Origin: Macrostomum hystrix
Taxonomy: Eukaryota > Animalia > Platyhelminthes
Assembly: GCA_950097015.1 (NCBI GenBank)
Contig: CATNEN010000001.1
Span: 26,412,001 to 26,476,000, forward strand
Direction of reading: 5' to 3'
DNA length: 64,000 bases
Within the stretch, counting starts at the first letter, position 1, and every line of letters starts with the position of its first letter. Positions 32,091 to 44,446 of the stretch are shown piece by piece. The notes below the pieces were generated by a model. That model was not told where the DNA came from. It made no database searches and saw only the letters and a program-made list of their open reading frames with translations. The position numbers and the translations under genes were made by a program.

Positions 32091-35000
32091 ACTAGTTGGG
32101 GGCGAACGTAGTATTGAGCCGCGAGGCGCGAAGCGCCGAGCACCGAGGCCTCGGTAGAGGCCGAGGGGCGAAATCGGAGTGAGCCCCACCTAAGATCCAG
32201 CGTACGTAGTGAGATAGAAAACACCTCGAAAATCACGCATTTTCAATGCATATTGGGCGCCATTTGAGACTGCCTCAACCGTTTGCCTCGCGGGTGGTGT
32301 CGTTGGGTAGGTAACTTATAGGGTTATCCGATTTATGGCGGTTGGTTGCCATGGCAACCCGTGAGGGTTGCCATGGCAACGTAAAACTGCCATTTTTTTG
32401 GAAATCGATTTTACGCAAACTCATTTCCAGCGCACATTTTTTCTGGCACGGAGAAAAGTTGAGACACAAAAGTTGCGGGCAGGCCTGGCCCAGGCGAGGC
32501 AGGAAAGCGATTTTTCAATTTCCTCATAGTCTATGATAAAAGTGCAAAAAACATACTTTTAGGTACTGCTTTTTTGGGTTACATTTTCCAGCGCAGCTCC
32601 CCAAGGGCTAAATCGATTGTCACGCGGGTGGTGTCTTTTTTTTCTACTCGGTGAGTTCTTTCCAGCGAGGTGTGACTCAATGGACTGCGAGTGTACCGCG
32701 CGCCTGATATCTGATGAAGCAAGTGTAAAATATGGCGCAGCCAGATTTTACACTTGCGTGCTGCACGGTACTGCAGCTGAATGGCAGGTAGTTGCACTGC
32801 GCAAGTGGTGTCAAAAATTCGGCACGGATGCCTGCTACACGACGCTTTGCAAGGCGACTCTATGCAATGCACGGTTATCAAGCAGTACTGGGAAATGCAG
32901 TGCAAAACGTGCATTTTTGCCGTTTTCTCGAAAATGCATGCCGACCTTGGTGGAGTCAAAAATTTTTTTTTCGAAGACAAACAGTCGGACAGCTTAGCCG
33001 CAAGCGATGTAGTATGCACAACATTAGGGCACATGACATACTGAGTCGGCGTTGATAAAAGTACATCGCAAGTGTATTAAAAGTACATAATAGTGCACAT
33101 ACACTTTCGTGAAAAATTTGTATTTTTCTCCTTTCGACGCGCGCATTTCGCGAAATCCGGCTCCGAATTTGTCGAATGATGCGTCAATCTACTGGAAATA
33201 TTGTTTTGCGTCTAACAAGATATTGCGCGCACCTTTCGGCCCTACCCGGGCTGAGAAAGTCCACCCAGACTGGTGAAAGGTCGGGTTCGGGACCGGTGCA
33301 GACTTTGCTGTGCTCAAACCTACGGCTGGAGGCGAAAAGGGCGTAATACTCCTTGAGCTTGGTATTTAAAGATGCACATCCCATGTGGGTATATGGAAAA
33401 AATACTGCCGTCGATACACGTATTACCTGTTAGGATTAGTACCTGAAAATGTAATTATGCACAGCGTGTACATTGTGCATATTTGTGTGTACTTTTGTGT
33501 ATAAGTCTGCGAATTCCTGATGGCTTTAAGCGCGGATGGCTTCAATCGACGCGGAATGTTGTCTACATTCCAACGACATCTCACACGGCTAGATTGGTTA
33601 ACGTGTGTCGTGTCTGGATCCTATTGAGTACATGAAGGTAAGGGGTACAAATTTTGGACACTATCATTTTTGAAGCATCCGTTATTTGCTATTGAAAGAT
33701 TTTGCAAGTTCCGTTGATGATAAACAGTATCTGTGGTAGTTAAACTTTTTTTGGTTGCTTGCCGTTTGGCAAACGGTTTTCATTTTGATGATTAAATCCT
33801 AAATGATTGCAACTTTTTTAGCTTCTTCATTGATAAACCGACCGCCTTGCAGAAAATGCTTGCGTCGAGATTTTTGAATTGCTTTTATTAAAACAAGTGC
33901 ATATTCAGTTTCTGCATTTTTTGTGCATCTAAATGCAGGAAGGAATGTAGCAGTCAGTAGAAATCACCTTATGTTGTATTTCCTTTTAGCGCGCACGTCT
34001 TTGTGTCGTTGAAACTTTTTATTTGAACATTATCGCCTTTCAGGACGTGTTTTGACGCTTGTCACATCACACACGCGCAGGCCTTTGATTTGTCTGGGTT
34101 TTTTTACTTTTGCATGGATAATGTAATTGATGTGCATTTAAATGTCGGTCTTCATTGTCGTGTTGATAATGTCGATTATACTCTTTTATTGACTCACTTC
34201 TTGCAGTATTCGAAAGTATATGCCATATGCACAAAAAGTGCATTTATATTCTCTTACAAAGTCTTATTAATAATGTTCAATACGTAGGATGCCTTTTTAT
34301 TGAATTAACACTATGTTACAGTCATCACAAATTTTGTGCAAGTGATGACATCTTAGATATTTAAATTCAGGTCAAAAAGTCTGCTTCAAGCTGTGTAATA
34401 TTTTCCCTATCTTTTCTATGCATTTATACTTAATTGCTTTTAATGTACTTGGCCAGTCATATGAATCATTATTCTCCTTTATAAATTTGCTCTAGCACAT
34501 AATGGTGCTATTGTAAGATTAGTTTTAATCTAATTAAAAAAATGTCTTAGCCAGCCCTCAATAGGCCTAGTCAATTTAATTTTGCATTTAAATTGCATTT
34601 AATTGCTGCTTATATGCTGTGCATATAGCCTCCACTTTTCAAGTCATCGAATCGCTTTTTAATTGTGTAAATTTCGCTGATTGTATTCCAGTTGCATGCA
34701 GTAATTTGGAATTTCATTCAAGTTTAATAAATGGCTGGCTTGTTTGTATTTCATATCGTACGTTCCCTTGTTGACATGTCAGTTGCATTCGTTTGCTTAG
34801 TAGTTTGCTTGCAATTAATACGAGTATGTTGCTGCTCCGTTTGCATTACATTTTTTGCATTAAATTGCTTTGATTGTACTTCAGTGGTTGAATCATTCCG
34901 TTGATTGCACTCTGTTTGTTGAATTGTTGCCTTGATTGCAGTCCAGTTGTTGCATTGTTTCGTCAATTGCAGTGTAGTGGTGTAACTTGAAATTGGCATA

Positions 35001-35473
35001 GTTTACTGCAGTTGTGTGTATGATTAGGGGCACAAGGCAGCCATATAGCTTCTAAATGCTTCCAAACGATTTTGACTCTTTTATTGAGCATTTTGTTCCT
35101 CTGTTTGAGCCGTTTTTCCGTCGACTTGCGATTTAAGGGGAAATATGCTTTACTATGCTGTTTATATCATATGCCACCTTTCTGTCTCTATTCACCCATA
35201 GTTCCTTCATTGGTTTTCGCGAATACATTTGTTCAATTCGAGCCTAAAGGGAAAGGTTCAATTCAGAGAAAAATATTTTTCTTTTTATTGATAAAACGAC
35301 CGCCTTGCAGAAAGTGCTTGCGTCGAGATTTTTGAATAGCTTTTATTAAAACAAGTGCATATTCCGTTTGTGCATTTTTTGTGCATCTAAATGCAGGAAA
35401 GAATATAGCAGTGAGTAGAAATCCCTTTATGTTCGCCCCCACGTAAAAGACTGCAGTCTTCTTACTTACTAGT
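32091..35473 (+). mobile_element. Non-autonomous Helentron/HINE-like element
   Basis: 11-bp subterminal inverted repeats TGGGGGCGAAC (32097-32107) and GTTCGCCCCCA (35431-35441), followed by the perfect palindrome AAGACTGCAGTCTT (35447-35460). ACTAGT occurs at both ends, with an internal ~145-bp direct repeat (~33829-33975 and ~35288-35433). Confidence 0.6.
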
Positions 35474-35549
35474 ACTGGTACGTGTCAGCTAGTTTTCGCA
35501 GCTAATGCAATCAAGGTTAAGCGCATTGTTGTCGGCCAGTAAAGTCCAT

Positions 35550-36006
35550 TAACAGTAGAAATACAAAGAGGATATTTCAAATACCAACAATTATCTTTTT
35601 CTGCATCTCTCAAAATATTCAACCAATCGCCATGAAAGGCTAAATTTTACGCTCTATCTGATGAGACAAGTTCAAAAATCACAAATCATCGGCATCGTCG
35701 AGATATTCAACGATTCTTGTCGGCTACTATTGTTGACTGTATTGATTATACGCTCGTAATGTTCATGGATTCGCTAGAGTAATGGTATTTGTCCTTGTCA
35801 CCAGGGTCTTCGATCGACAATAATCGCTGAAAATCTCGACGATGCTGGCTCGCACGGCTTTGAATGTTAGTTCATAGTGAATGGCGGATACTTTGGTTCA
35901 GATGGTGGACTTTCAGGAAAATCGGTCATTCAGTTTGGGAGCTATTGTGAAATACCCCGCGTGGTCATTCCGCATGGAGAAAAATAGAACGGTCTTTCTA
36001 CTGTTA
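35550..36006. mobile_element. MITE with 12-bp TIRs
   Basis: TAACAGTAGAAA (35550-35561) and TTTCTACTGTTA (35995-36006); related copies at ~13445-14194 and ~8300-8600. Confidence 0.7.
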
Positions 36007-36038
36007 CAGCAACCAGTAAACAATTTGTAGTTAAAAGT

Positions 36039-37214
36039 TCAATTTGCACAGAACTGTTCCAGCTGGTGAAGCTCGCTGATCGTTAAAGTTGTCGCAGCCA
36101 CAATGTAACAAATGAATCGGCCTCGAAGACTAAACGATGGTTCGGCATGGTAGCCGAGACGCAGGCACAGCGGCTGACCCGTGTACGAAGCCGACTAGCT
36201 GTTGGGCGCCTGCAGAAATGAGCCGCCTTTGAAGAAGTTGCTGAGACTGTCGCCCACAAACACTGCCGCCACAGACGCAAGTTGAGCGCTGTTGTCATTG
36301 GTGAAAACATTTTCGATTGACTCGCGAAGCACTTGGGTCTGTGAAAAGCCAAAGACGCTCGGAAACGGTTGATCGACTCGAAGGCGGCCTCCATTGTCTC
36401 GGAACTCTCCCCGATAGACGGGCGAAGCGGAGCAGTCGTGGAAGTAGTGATAGGTCTGGTGGTTAGGATCGGATCTAGTTAGTCTTGCATAGAATGTGAA
36501 GGACTTTGAATGGCTCAGATAAGTGGATGCCAGCGTGTTCCCATCGGTGTCGATATCGATGTAGTCATTGTTGGTTCCTCCAGGGAAGTTTGCGCCCTGG
36601 CTATCCCTGGTGACAGCGCCTCGAGGAGTGGCGAAGTACTTGGCGGGGTTGACAAGGTTGGCATATCCCCGTCTGAAATCGAGAAGAATTATCAACTTGG
36701 ACGCTAGTGCTGAACCCAGTCCTTGCACTACATGCTCGTAATTGTTTGTCGTCATTTCCACTGGTACTAAGGAAGTTGACATCGGTGAGCTGCCAGATGT
36801 TGACGTGGTCGGCATCGTTGTCATAACCGGCGTGGTCTGCCCAACTGACGAGATTTCGCCTGAAGTTACTGCTGATTCATTCGGTTCTGAAAATTTCGCG
36901 AAACTCACACACGCCGGGCTTATTTCAGTAGAATTTGGAGGTGAGAATAGATCAAGCAGTTGGTGGCTGTTTCCGAGGTAGCAGACACCTTCAATGCTTC
37001 GAAAGATAACCGAGCAGTTTTGACGAGTGGCACAATAATAGGCGCACTCCTCCATGGCTCGATGCCCAGAGAGCCTTGACAATTGGCTGAGGGCAGAAAC
37101 TCTAGGACAAAGCGACAGCTTTTGAAACCTCGTTCTAGACTTTCCAAAGCAGTCTGTAGAGCAGACTGTAGTTGCTGAGTAAAACAATATCAACAGAGTA
37201 GCGATCGTGTACAT
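36039..37214 (-). pseudogene. PAN/Apple-LamG paralog 9 with a single in-frame TAG at 36195-36197
   Basis: After the TAG the same frame continues SASYTGQPLCLRLGYHAEPSFSLRGRFICYIVAATTLTISELHQLEQFCAN to TGA at 36039-36041. Confidence 0.85.
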
Positions 37215-37460
37215 ATTGGAGAAATCACAGAATTTTCTTACCGATTAGTTAATTTAATTTTCCTACGCAATTTTTAGTAATGCTTTACTTTTGCCTAAAA
37301 CTCTCCTTCAAATATTCACTACGACACTGAATGCACAAATGGCTCCCGGCATTTCTTTTCCTATCCCAGCCAATCACAGACGAGTGTATTCTGTAACCTT
37401 TTTGTTCGACCGATTCGTTTACTAATGGATTATAATAAAAATAATTAATAATTTATTAAA

Positions 37461-37739
37461 CCTGCCCCAATTGGGTCAGATGTGCAGCCGACAGCCGCAG
37501 CTAATGCGCGGCGGATCTGAAGGCTGCGTACAGCTGTTCAGTCCATGGACTGAGGGACGCCACACCCACCTTCAATTACCCCAGCTGATGCTGGTACCCA
37601 TTTAACAGCTGGGTGAACTGAAGCAATGCAGAGTTAAGTGTCTTGCTAAAGGACACAAATTATTCCATTGGAGTCGGGAATCGAACCCCCGACCTTCAAG
37701 TCGTGAGTCCGTCGCCCTAACCACTAGGCTACAACCTCT
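37461..37739 (-). mobile_element. Full-length SINE (family A)
   Basis: Nearly identical to 20761-21054. Confidence 0.85.
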
Positions 37740-38924
37740 CTCAACCATACTAATGTAGATTAATGCAATGGGGTAAATTCTGAACAATGCGCCTCGCCCG
37801 ACCTTTTTGTGCTTAGCAAACAACCAAATATTTTGCTAACTACGAGCACTGGTCTGATTGTCCTGATAAATAAAAAGATAAGACTAGACTCCATACTAAG
37901 GCCAAGAAAAAATGAAAGCTATAAAAAAGTAAAAAATAGCCATTTCTGCAGTTATACGAGTAATAAAAGAAACAATTAAATTTGAATTCACTCAACTTTA
38001 GCGCAAAATATGAACTTCGTATATTCTCACACATTCCTTAGCCTGAACAAGAAAACAAGCAACATATAAACAAAAAACATTACAGCTGCTTAAAAGTACA
38101 TTTCCCTAGTGATAAAAGTCTGCATCCTGCGGAATCAGCTGCCGAAAAAAGATATTACACCTGCCACAGTCGGACCAGATGTGCAGCCGACAGTTATTGC
38201 GCGACAAAGGCTGCGTACGCTGTTGAGTCCATGGACTGGGGAGACGCCACATTACCCCAGCTGAAAATTGGAAACCATTAATTAATCCTCATCTTGGAGC
38301 TCCCCTGATTACGTCTTCGAACTCATTCCGGCGAAGAAAAGGCCCTTCAGAATATACTCGCACTTATAGAGCAGAAAAATGAAGGAAAAGTCAAGTGTGC
38401 CGCGCCTCCAGGTCACGTCTGTTGGAGATGACCCACCAATGAACGCTTTTATGCCTAATTGATGTACGCTCAGCGCATTTTCGCCAGTATCGTCCGATAG
38501 ATAGTAAACAACGCTCGCAAACACTCGACAAAAATATTGTACCCGATCGGAATGAGGATAAAATTTCGGATTTTTCGATTTTAACCATCAGTTTCTACTT
38601 CACAGCTGATTTCATAAAATGATTATGTTTATGTTCACAGATATTCAATGTGATCGCATTGCTTCTCACACATCAACCGATGTGCTAACAGCCGGAAGGT
38701 ACCAGTCGATTTGCTGCCGGACTCACCAGTGGCACACCCAGTCACCTTGAGGTAGCTCTGGCATTTCAAAAGGCATTTCTTTTTAAATGCCCGAACTCTT
38801 CACTTGTCACATACCACGCTGTTCCAGTTCAGTTTAGTTCTCATCTAAGTGACAAAATCATTACTAAATTTGGATAAAGGCTTAAAAACATGCAAATTTT
38901 TAAAGACATTTTCTGTACATACTA

Positions 38925-40205
38925 TTCCTGGGGAGTACGTTTGCTTGCGGAAGTTTGCTTGCAGGAATTTTGCTTGCCGAAGTTTGCTTGCCGAAGTTTG
39001 CTTGCAGGAATTTTGCTTGCCGAAGTTTGCTTGCCGAACTTAGCTTGCAGGAAATTTGCTTGCGACACATTAGCTTGCCGAACTTTGCTTCCTGACTGTT
39101 TGCTTGCGAAGTTGGTGAGTCAATTATTGCTACAGAATGTTTTCAAGCGCTTATCAGCGGCAATGCCGTAAACTCACTCACAGTAAGCTTTCGAACTAGC
39201 CTTTGGGATTTGTACACGAAGGATTTAGTATAATAGAAGGATAATAGCAGCATAAATTGTAGCAGTTCCTTATTTCAGCACGATCGAACAGATAACGAAT
39301 ATGATCATAGTGGTGGTGGTAATAACAGGCAGAGCTATGAGCTAACTACCAGACGAATTCGTCTAGATCTATTAGCTATGAAGATATAGATACGAGCGTA
39401 TATAACAGTTATCTGTACATTTTGCCATGAGATTATTGACTTATGCTTCTTCAGCAAGCCACTAAGCTATAGCTCTCTATACCTAGGATTTTTTGTAATT
39501 TTTTAAATAAGCACAGCAATACATTTATTCTCCCAGTCTCTAGACTCGGCCATAGACTAAATTGGCTCTGACTGCGGCGAGAAAAAAATACGAGTACATT
39601 AGGTAGACACGAAAACACGTATTTTTTTACCAATTAAGGTTAATTGAAAAACTTTCTTACTGACATGGCCTAAAAACCATCTCAGTAAAAGTTGGCATCA
39701 GATTGGTACCAGTGTGATGAAAATTGGTTGGGCCATTTTGTTTCTACGCTGTCATTTATAGACAGACAGATAGCCCAGCTTTAGAGCGAGAGAGAAGAAG
39801 ACGTGGACTAAGTGAACTGTACGAGTTCTTGTAGTAGATTGTACTTTTTACTGTAGAATAACACGATTCATGACCGTTCTTCGGAACAATTATCTAGATT
39901 AAACTCAATTTTTTATCAATTAAACTACCACCTTTTGAATTTATTATTTAGATATGGCTAAACAAGCTAACGAGTTAAAAATTCTTTCAATTTTTTTGAA
40001 AGAAGCTTTTTCAAATGTGCATTGTGCACGTTCGTAGCTTTTTTCCATAACTTAATCTGCAGTGCCAGATAATAAAATACATTAACCACGTTCAACACGG
40101 GGATCAGTTAGTTGTCTTGTACAAATATATACATGAGCACAAAGAGAAGCTTAGTTAAGGTTTAGCAAGCAAAGTTCGGTAAGCAAATTTCATAGACCCG
40201 GATTC
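38925..40205. mobile_element. Probable non-autonomous DNA transposon with subterminal (TTTGCTTGCCGAA)n repeats
   Basis: Tandem ~15-bp units at 38940-39110; inverted units (GCAAGCAAAGTTCGGTAAGCAAA) at ~40165-40190. Confidence 0.45.
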
Positions 40206-41344
40206 CTGTGTAAATCTATGTATTCTTCCACAGGACGTCTGTCGGATGCAGCAGTTCTGAAGGCCAATCGTTGGCGGGCACAACCTGTAGGACAGTGCAT
40301 TTGGTACATGAAAACCATCCTGTCCAACCATTGTGCAATGAACCTGGCCTTGTCGCAGAGAAGCTGCATGTTCTCAATTCACTGAGTTAGAATATGATTT
40401 GCTTCTTATGTGATAGCTATTGCCCTTCTAAGTTATGACTTATTTGATTGACAGTCTCTCAGGCTTCTAGCAATTTTCAACATGATACCTTGCCTAGCTG
40501 CCACCCACAGCCTGAGGCAGTGAAAGAGGCTCAAAAGAGAGAAGGTGTCGTTTGTTTGCTTTTTTCACAAGCAGACTTTTTCTCGCACACTTTCTATAGG
40601 ATCACTCAGCATTTCTCACTTACAGCAGTTTGGATCCGAGCCAGTCTGTACTTGCGATCAAACAAAAAATATACACGCCTTGACTATTCAGCTCTCACCT
40701 CTCTATCCAGTTGCAAAATTCTATATTTTCAAGTACGTTTTGTTTAGTTTATACACGCAAATAAGTAACTTACTTCTGGCAGCTAATTGTGCTCAATTGG
40801 TTAAGCGCGCATATACTTCTATGGAATGAGAATTGAATTTAATTGAATTTAAAGAGAAGAGCTTATAATAAACGGTTTTCCTTGATTTAGTATAGTCTAT
40901 GGCCTATAGTCTATGGGAAATGGGAATTCTCCTCTTGATTGGGTGTTTATCTACTTCATTGGCTTTTAGTCTATGGTCGAGAGTAGTTCTATGGCAACGG
41001 CTGTTACTGCAGTAGTAGCAGTAGTATGTCTACTGCAGTAGTATGTCTACAACAAACACGTCTACGATATTGTTCATTTTGAAATAAGATTTTTATCAAA
41101 GGTTCGATGATCAGAGTTACTTGCCGATAAATAACACGGCCTACTTAAAATGGAGGCTTTTCATATGAACAGTTTTTGCTACTTCCATTTTTAAACATTA
41201 TCATCATATGTTTTAGCAGAATAATGAAGTTCCACTCATTCCTTGTTCCCTGATCGAGAAATGGTGGGCAAATGGCGATCATAACGCTGTTTATGTAATT
41301 AGAATTATTTTGGATTACATTTTATGCGAACCTCTCCTTTGACG

Positions 41345-41830
41345 CAATCCCGTGCCGCAGTTCCGCGCCCGTCTCGCAGGCTTAGGAACATCCTTTTGAA
41401 CCAAAACCGGAAGAATATCCGCGCCTTCGCCATGACCCTCATGGGCCACGGCTACCTTGCTAGGCACTGTTTCCTCCGGGGCGACCTTGAGAGTGAACTT
41501 TGCCCCATTTGTGAGTACGACAACGAAGATGCTGAGCACTTTGTGTGTCACTGCCCTTGCTTTAGCAGAGACCGGCTACGCTACCTCGGGCCCAACCCGT
41601 CTATAGACGAGATCTGCCAGCCCGACAGCATTCCACGGCTCGTCCAGTTCCTCCGGGCAACAAGACGAGCCACGTTCTTCCCTACGCAAGACAACGCTGC
41701 AGGACGGACCGGCGGACCACCCTGACCGGCCCCGTGGCCTCGCCTGTCTGCGGGCCTACAGGGGTATGGGCGATCCTCGCCTCCCCGCTGCGTCCACGGA
41801 CCACCCTGCAGCTAAGCAAAGTAAGTCAAG
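41345..41830 (+). mobile_element. 5'-truncated non-LTR retrotransposon (I/R1/Loa-group 3' end with zinc knuckle)
   Basis: Translation LMGHGYLARH..CPICEYDNEDAEHFVCHCP; flanking TCTCCTTT(G/A)ACG duplication at 41333-41344 and 41831-41842. Confidence 0.8.
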
Positions 41831-42325
41831 TCTCCTTTAACGACTAGACCTCTGTTTCTATTATCACTACATTATTAGAACAAGACAGACAGGGTTTTGT
41901 GGCCTTCCTGATTCATGAGCTTTTGAGCACATTTCTTATTCATTCTTTTGTGCTCTCAAAAAGCTGAATCCATCTCACCGCTCTTGCTTCAGCTGTTTAA
42001 ATACGTGCAAAATGGACATTTTCAATGGAGCTTTTAATACTTCTGAACTGACGCGAGTCAACAAAGTTTGGTCAACAACAATGGAGCTTCCATTAGGTAC
42101 CTCCTCAGCTAGTTTTGTAGGCTTAAAAAGACTAGGGCCGAGCAGAAAGCTTCTTTGTATGCCGGATAGGACGCAGAAAAAAAGAGGAGCTTTTACACTC
42201 GCATTTCATAGTCAGAGCAGATGCGAGGTACAATTTTATTTGAACTCATTTCAGGGGCATTTGAAACACAATAAGAAAGAGGCTGAGTAAGGATCAAGTT
42301 CTATGATAGGCACAAGGCTCAAGGC

Positions 42326-43360
42326 TCATCCGCAGTAGGCCTCCAGCTGCTTCAGCTCGCTCAGAGTGAGGGCCTCCTTTGCCACCGCGTAGCAGATGAA
42401 CAGGCCACGGAGAGCGACCGTGTTGTCGTTGTGGTAGCCGAGACGCAGGCACAGAGGCTCACCTAAGTAGCTGCTAGATTGCGCATTGGGCGTTGACAGA
42501 AATGACCCGTCCTTAAAAAAGTAATTCAAAGCACCGGCCGAAAACACCACTCCAACAGAAGCCAGTTGGAATTCATTGTTATTGCTGAAAACATTTTCAA
42601 TGGAATCGCGAAGCACTTGGCTTTTGATAGGCGGGAACGCATGCACAATTTGAATTCGTCCACCGTTGTCTCCAAACTGCCCCCTGTTGCTAGCAGAAGC
42701 AGAGCAGTCGTGAAACAAATGATAGACTTGGTGATGCATGTTGTTTCTTAGAAGTCTGGCATAGAAGGTGAATGATTTTGTGTCACTCAGATAAGTTGAC
42801 GCCAGGGTGTTTCCGTTGGTATCCACCTCGATGAAGTCTTTATTGTTTCCACCTGTAAAATTGACACCCTGTTCAGTTCGAATGAGGTTCCCATGCGGAG
42901 TGGCGGTGTACGTGCCTGGGCTGATAAGATTGGTGTAGCCCTGCCTGAAGTCGAACATGATCACCAATTTCGAAGCCAGACTAGCATTGATTCCTGAAAC
43001 CCGCGCACTGGGTGGTTCCTGGCTCGCATCCCAAGTCCGCACGTAACTCTCGCAGCGGTCAGGTGTATGAGTGCCGTTCGCAGAGAAATTTTCCGCCAAC
43101 TGACGAGTGCTTCCGAAGTAGCAATCGGATGAGGCCCTCTGAAAAATCACCGAGCAGTTCCTGAACGCAGCGCACTCCACAAAGCAGGCTCTGGGATGGA
43201 CGCCAGCCAGCCTGCGCAGGCTTCTGAGCTGGTCAGCGCTACTCGGACAGACGCCCGCTTTGGTAAAGTTCACTTTCAGGGTCTCGCGCACTGTGGAACA
43301 ATTGGCGAATTTTGCCGCGCAGAGCAGCAGAAGAACCACAATCGCAGAGGCACTGGCCAT
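42326..43360 (-). CDS. Secreted PAN/Apple-LamG protein, paralog 10 (344 aa from MASASAIVV)
   Basis: First ATG at 43360, then signal peptide, PAN domain, very short linker and a LamG domain closest to paralog 9. Two CCAATAAGA motifs lie upstream (~43458, ~43507). Confidence 0.9.
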   Translation of the reverse strand: MASASAIVVLLLLCAAKFANCSTVRETLKVNFTKAGVCPSSADQLRSLRRLAGVHPRACFVECAAFRNCSVIFQRASSDCYFGSTRQLAENFSANGTHTPDRCESYVRTWDASQEPPSARVSGINASLASKLVIMFDFRQGYTNLISPGTYTATPHGNLIRTEQGVNFTGGNNKDFIEVDTNGNTLASTYLSDTKSFTFYARLLRNNMHHQVYHLFHDCSASASNRGQFGDNGGRIQIVHAFPPIKSQVLRDSIENVFSNNNEFQLASVGVVFSAGALNYFFKDGSFLSTPNAQSSSYLGEPLCLRLGYHNDNTVALRGLFICYAVAKEALTLSELKQLEAYCG

Positions 43361-43619
43361 GGCATTAAAAATGTGTTTCCTGATGCTTTTTGACCGTGGC
43401 AAAATCTGGGGCTGCCAAGCTCCAGATTATCTAGTGTTGCCGGTGAATTTCCACTATCCAATAAGACCGTTCGCCTCATCTTCTTGAATCTCATTTCTTT
43501 CCTTATCCAATAAGATGCTGTTTAGTAAACTGAGTGATGCAAAAAGCTTTGGCCACTAGGATAGCAAAGTTGGTGTAATCTTTAGCTTAGTTGTTAATTG
43601 ATCGAGGATGCTGGAAAAC

Positions 43620-44446
43620 GTAGCATAATTGAAAAAATTATTACAAGCATCGATTTATCCCCTATTGTCCCGGTCAAATATGTGTATGGTCTAGTGTTGA
43701 AGCATTTATTTTTCCGGGACGAAGAAACGATCTATTTGGAACTGACAACAACAAAAAGGCACAAAAAGCAACTATGGCTGACACTAACGCTAATAGACTG
43801 ATAATCAATGACAGTGAAGCACTTTTTGTCTTTCTCACTCCATAGTGATCACGACGGTGTTATCATTTCCAGAAACTTCGATTCGCAGTTTCTTCGCAGG
43901 AGTAGTAAAAACCGTCGTAGACCCACTGTGTCTTCTTTTCGTTGTGCCATTCCATGAACGTGTTGACCATCCAAGTAGTTTTCTTCTTAGTAGCTTCTGG
44001 CACACAGCCATCGACAACAGCCATGAGCTCTTCCTCCGACGTAAAATCGAAGCGAGGGCTTGAGGGTGTCTCTGATGTGGTTCCGTCCGAAAAAATCAAA
44101 TCAACCATTCTCGCTATATCGTCGTCAATACTGGCAAAGTCACTAATGTCTTCAGCCATGTCTTCAGCTATTTCGTGCGCAAGCGTTGTAATTAAATTGG
44201 TGACACAGCGGCGCATCAAACTCCGAGCTGTTCCGTTTCGATCAGAACCATGGACTGTTGAGCTATAGTTCTTTTTTCCACAAGACCGAGCCAAGTTGGG
44301 GAAAATACTATCTCTCCCGTTTATTCATTTGTCTATGGCCAGAACGACTTCAAACTCGTTTCTCTGGCCTCGGATGCTCCTCGGCCGAGAAACAAGTTCT
44401 CAGTCGCTCTGACGGCCACAGATAAATGAATAAACGGGAGAGATTA
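43620..44446 (-). mobile_element. Crypton-like (tyrosine-recombinase transposon) remnant with terminal hairpin
   Basis: Peptide FTSEEELMAVVDGCVPEATKKKTTWMVNTFMEW resembles the N-terminal motif of Crypton/ZMYM/KIAA1958 proteins. 21-bp perfect inverted repeat at 44310-44330 and 44424-44444. The left boundary is uncertain. Confidence 0.5.
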
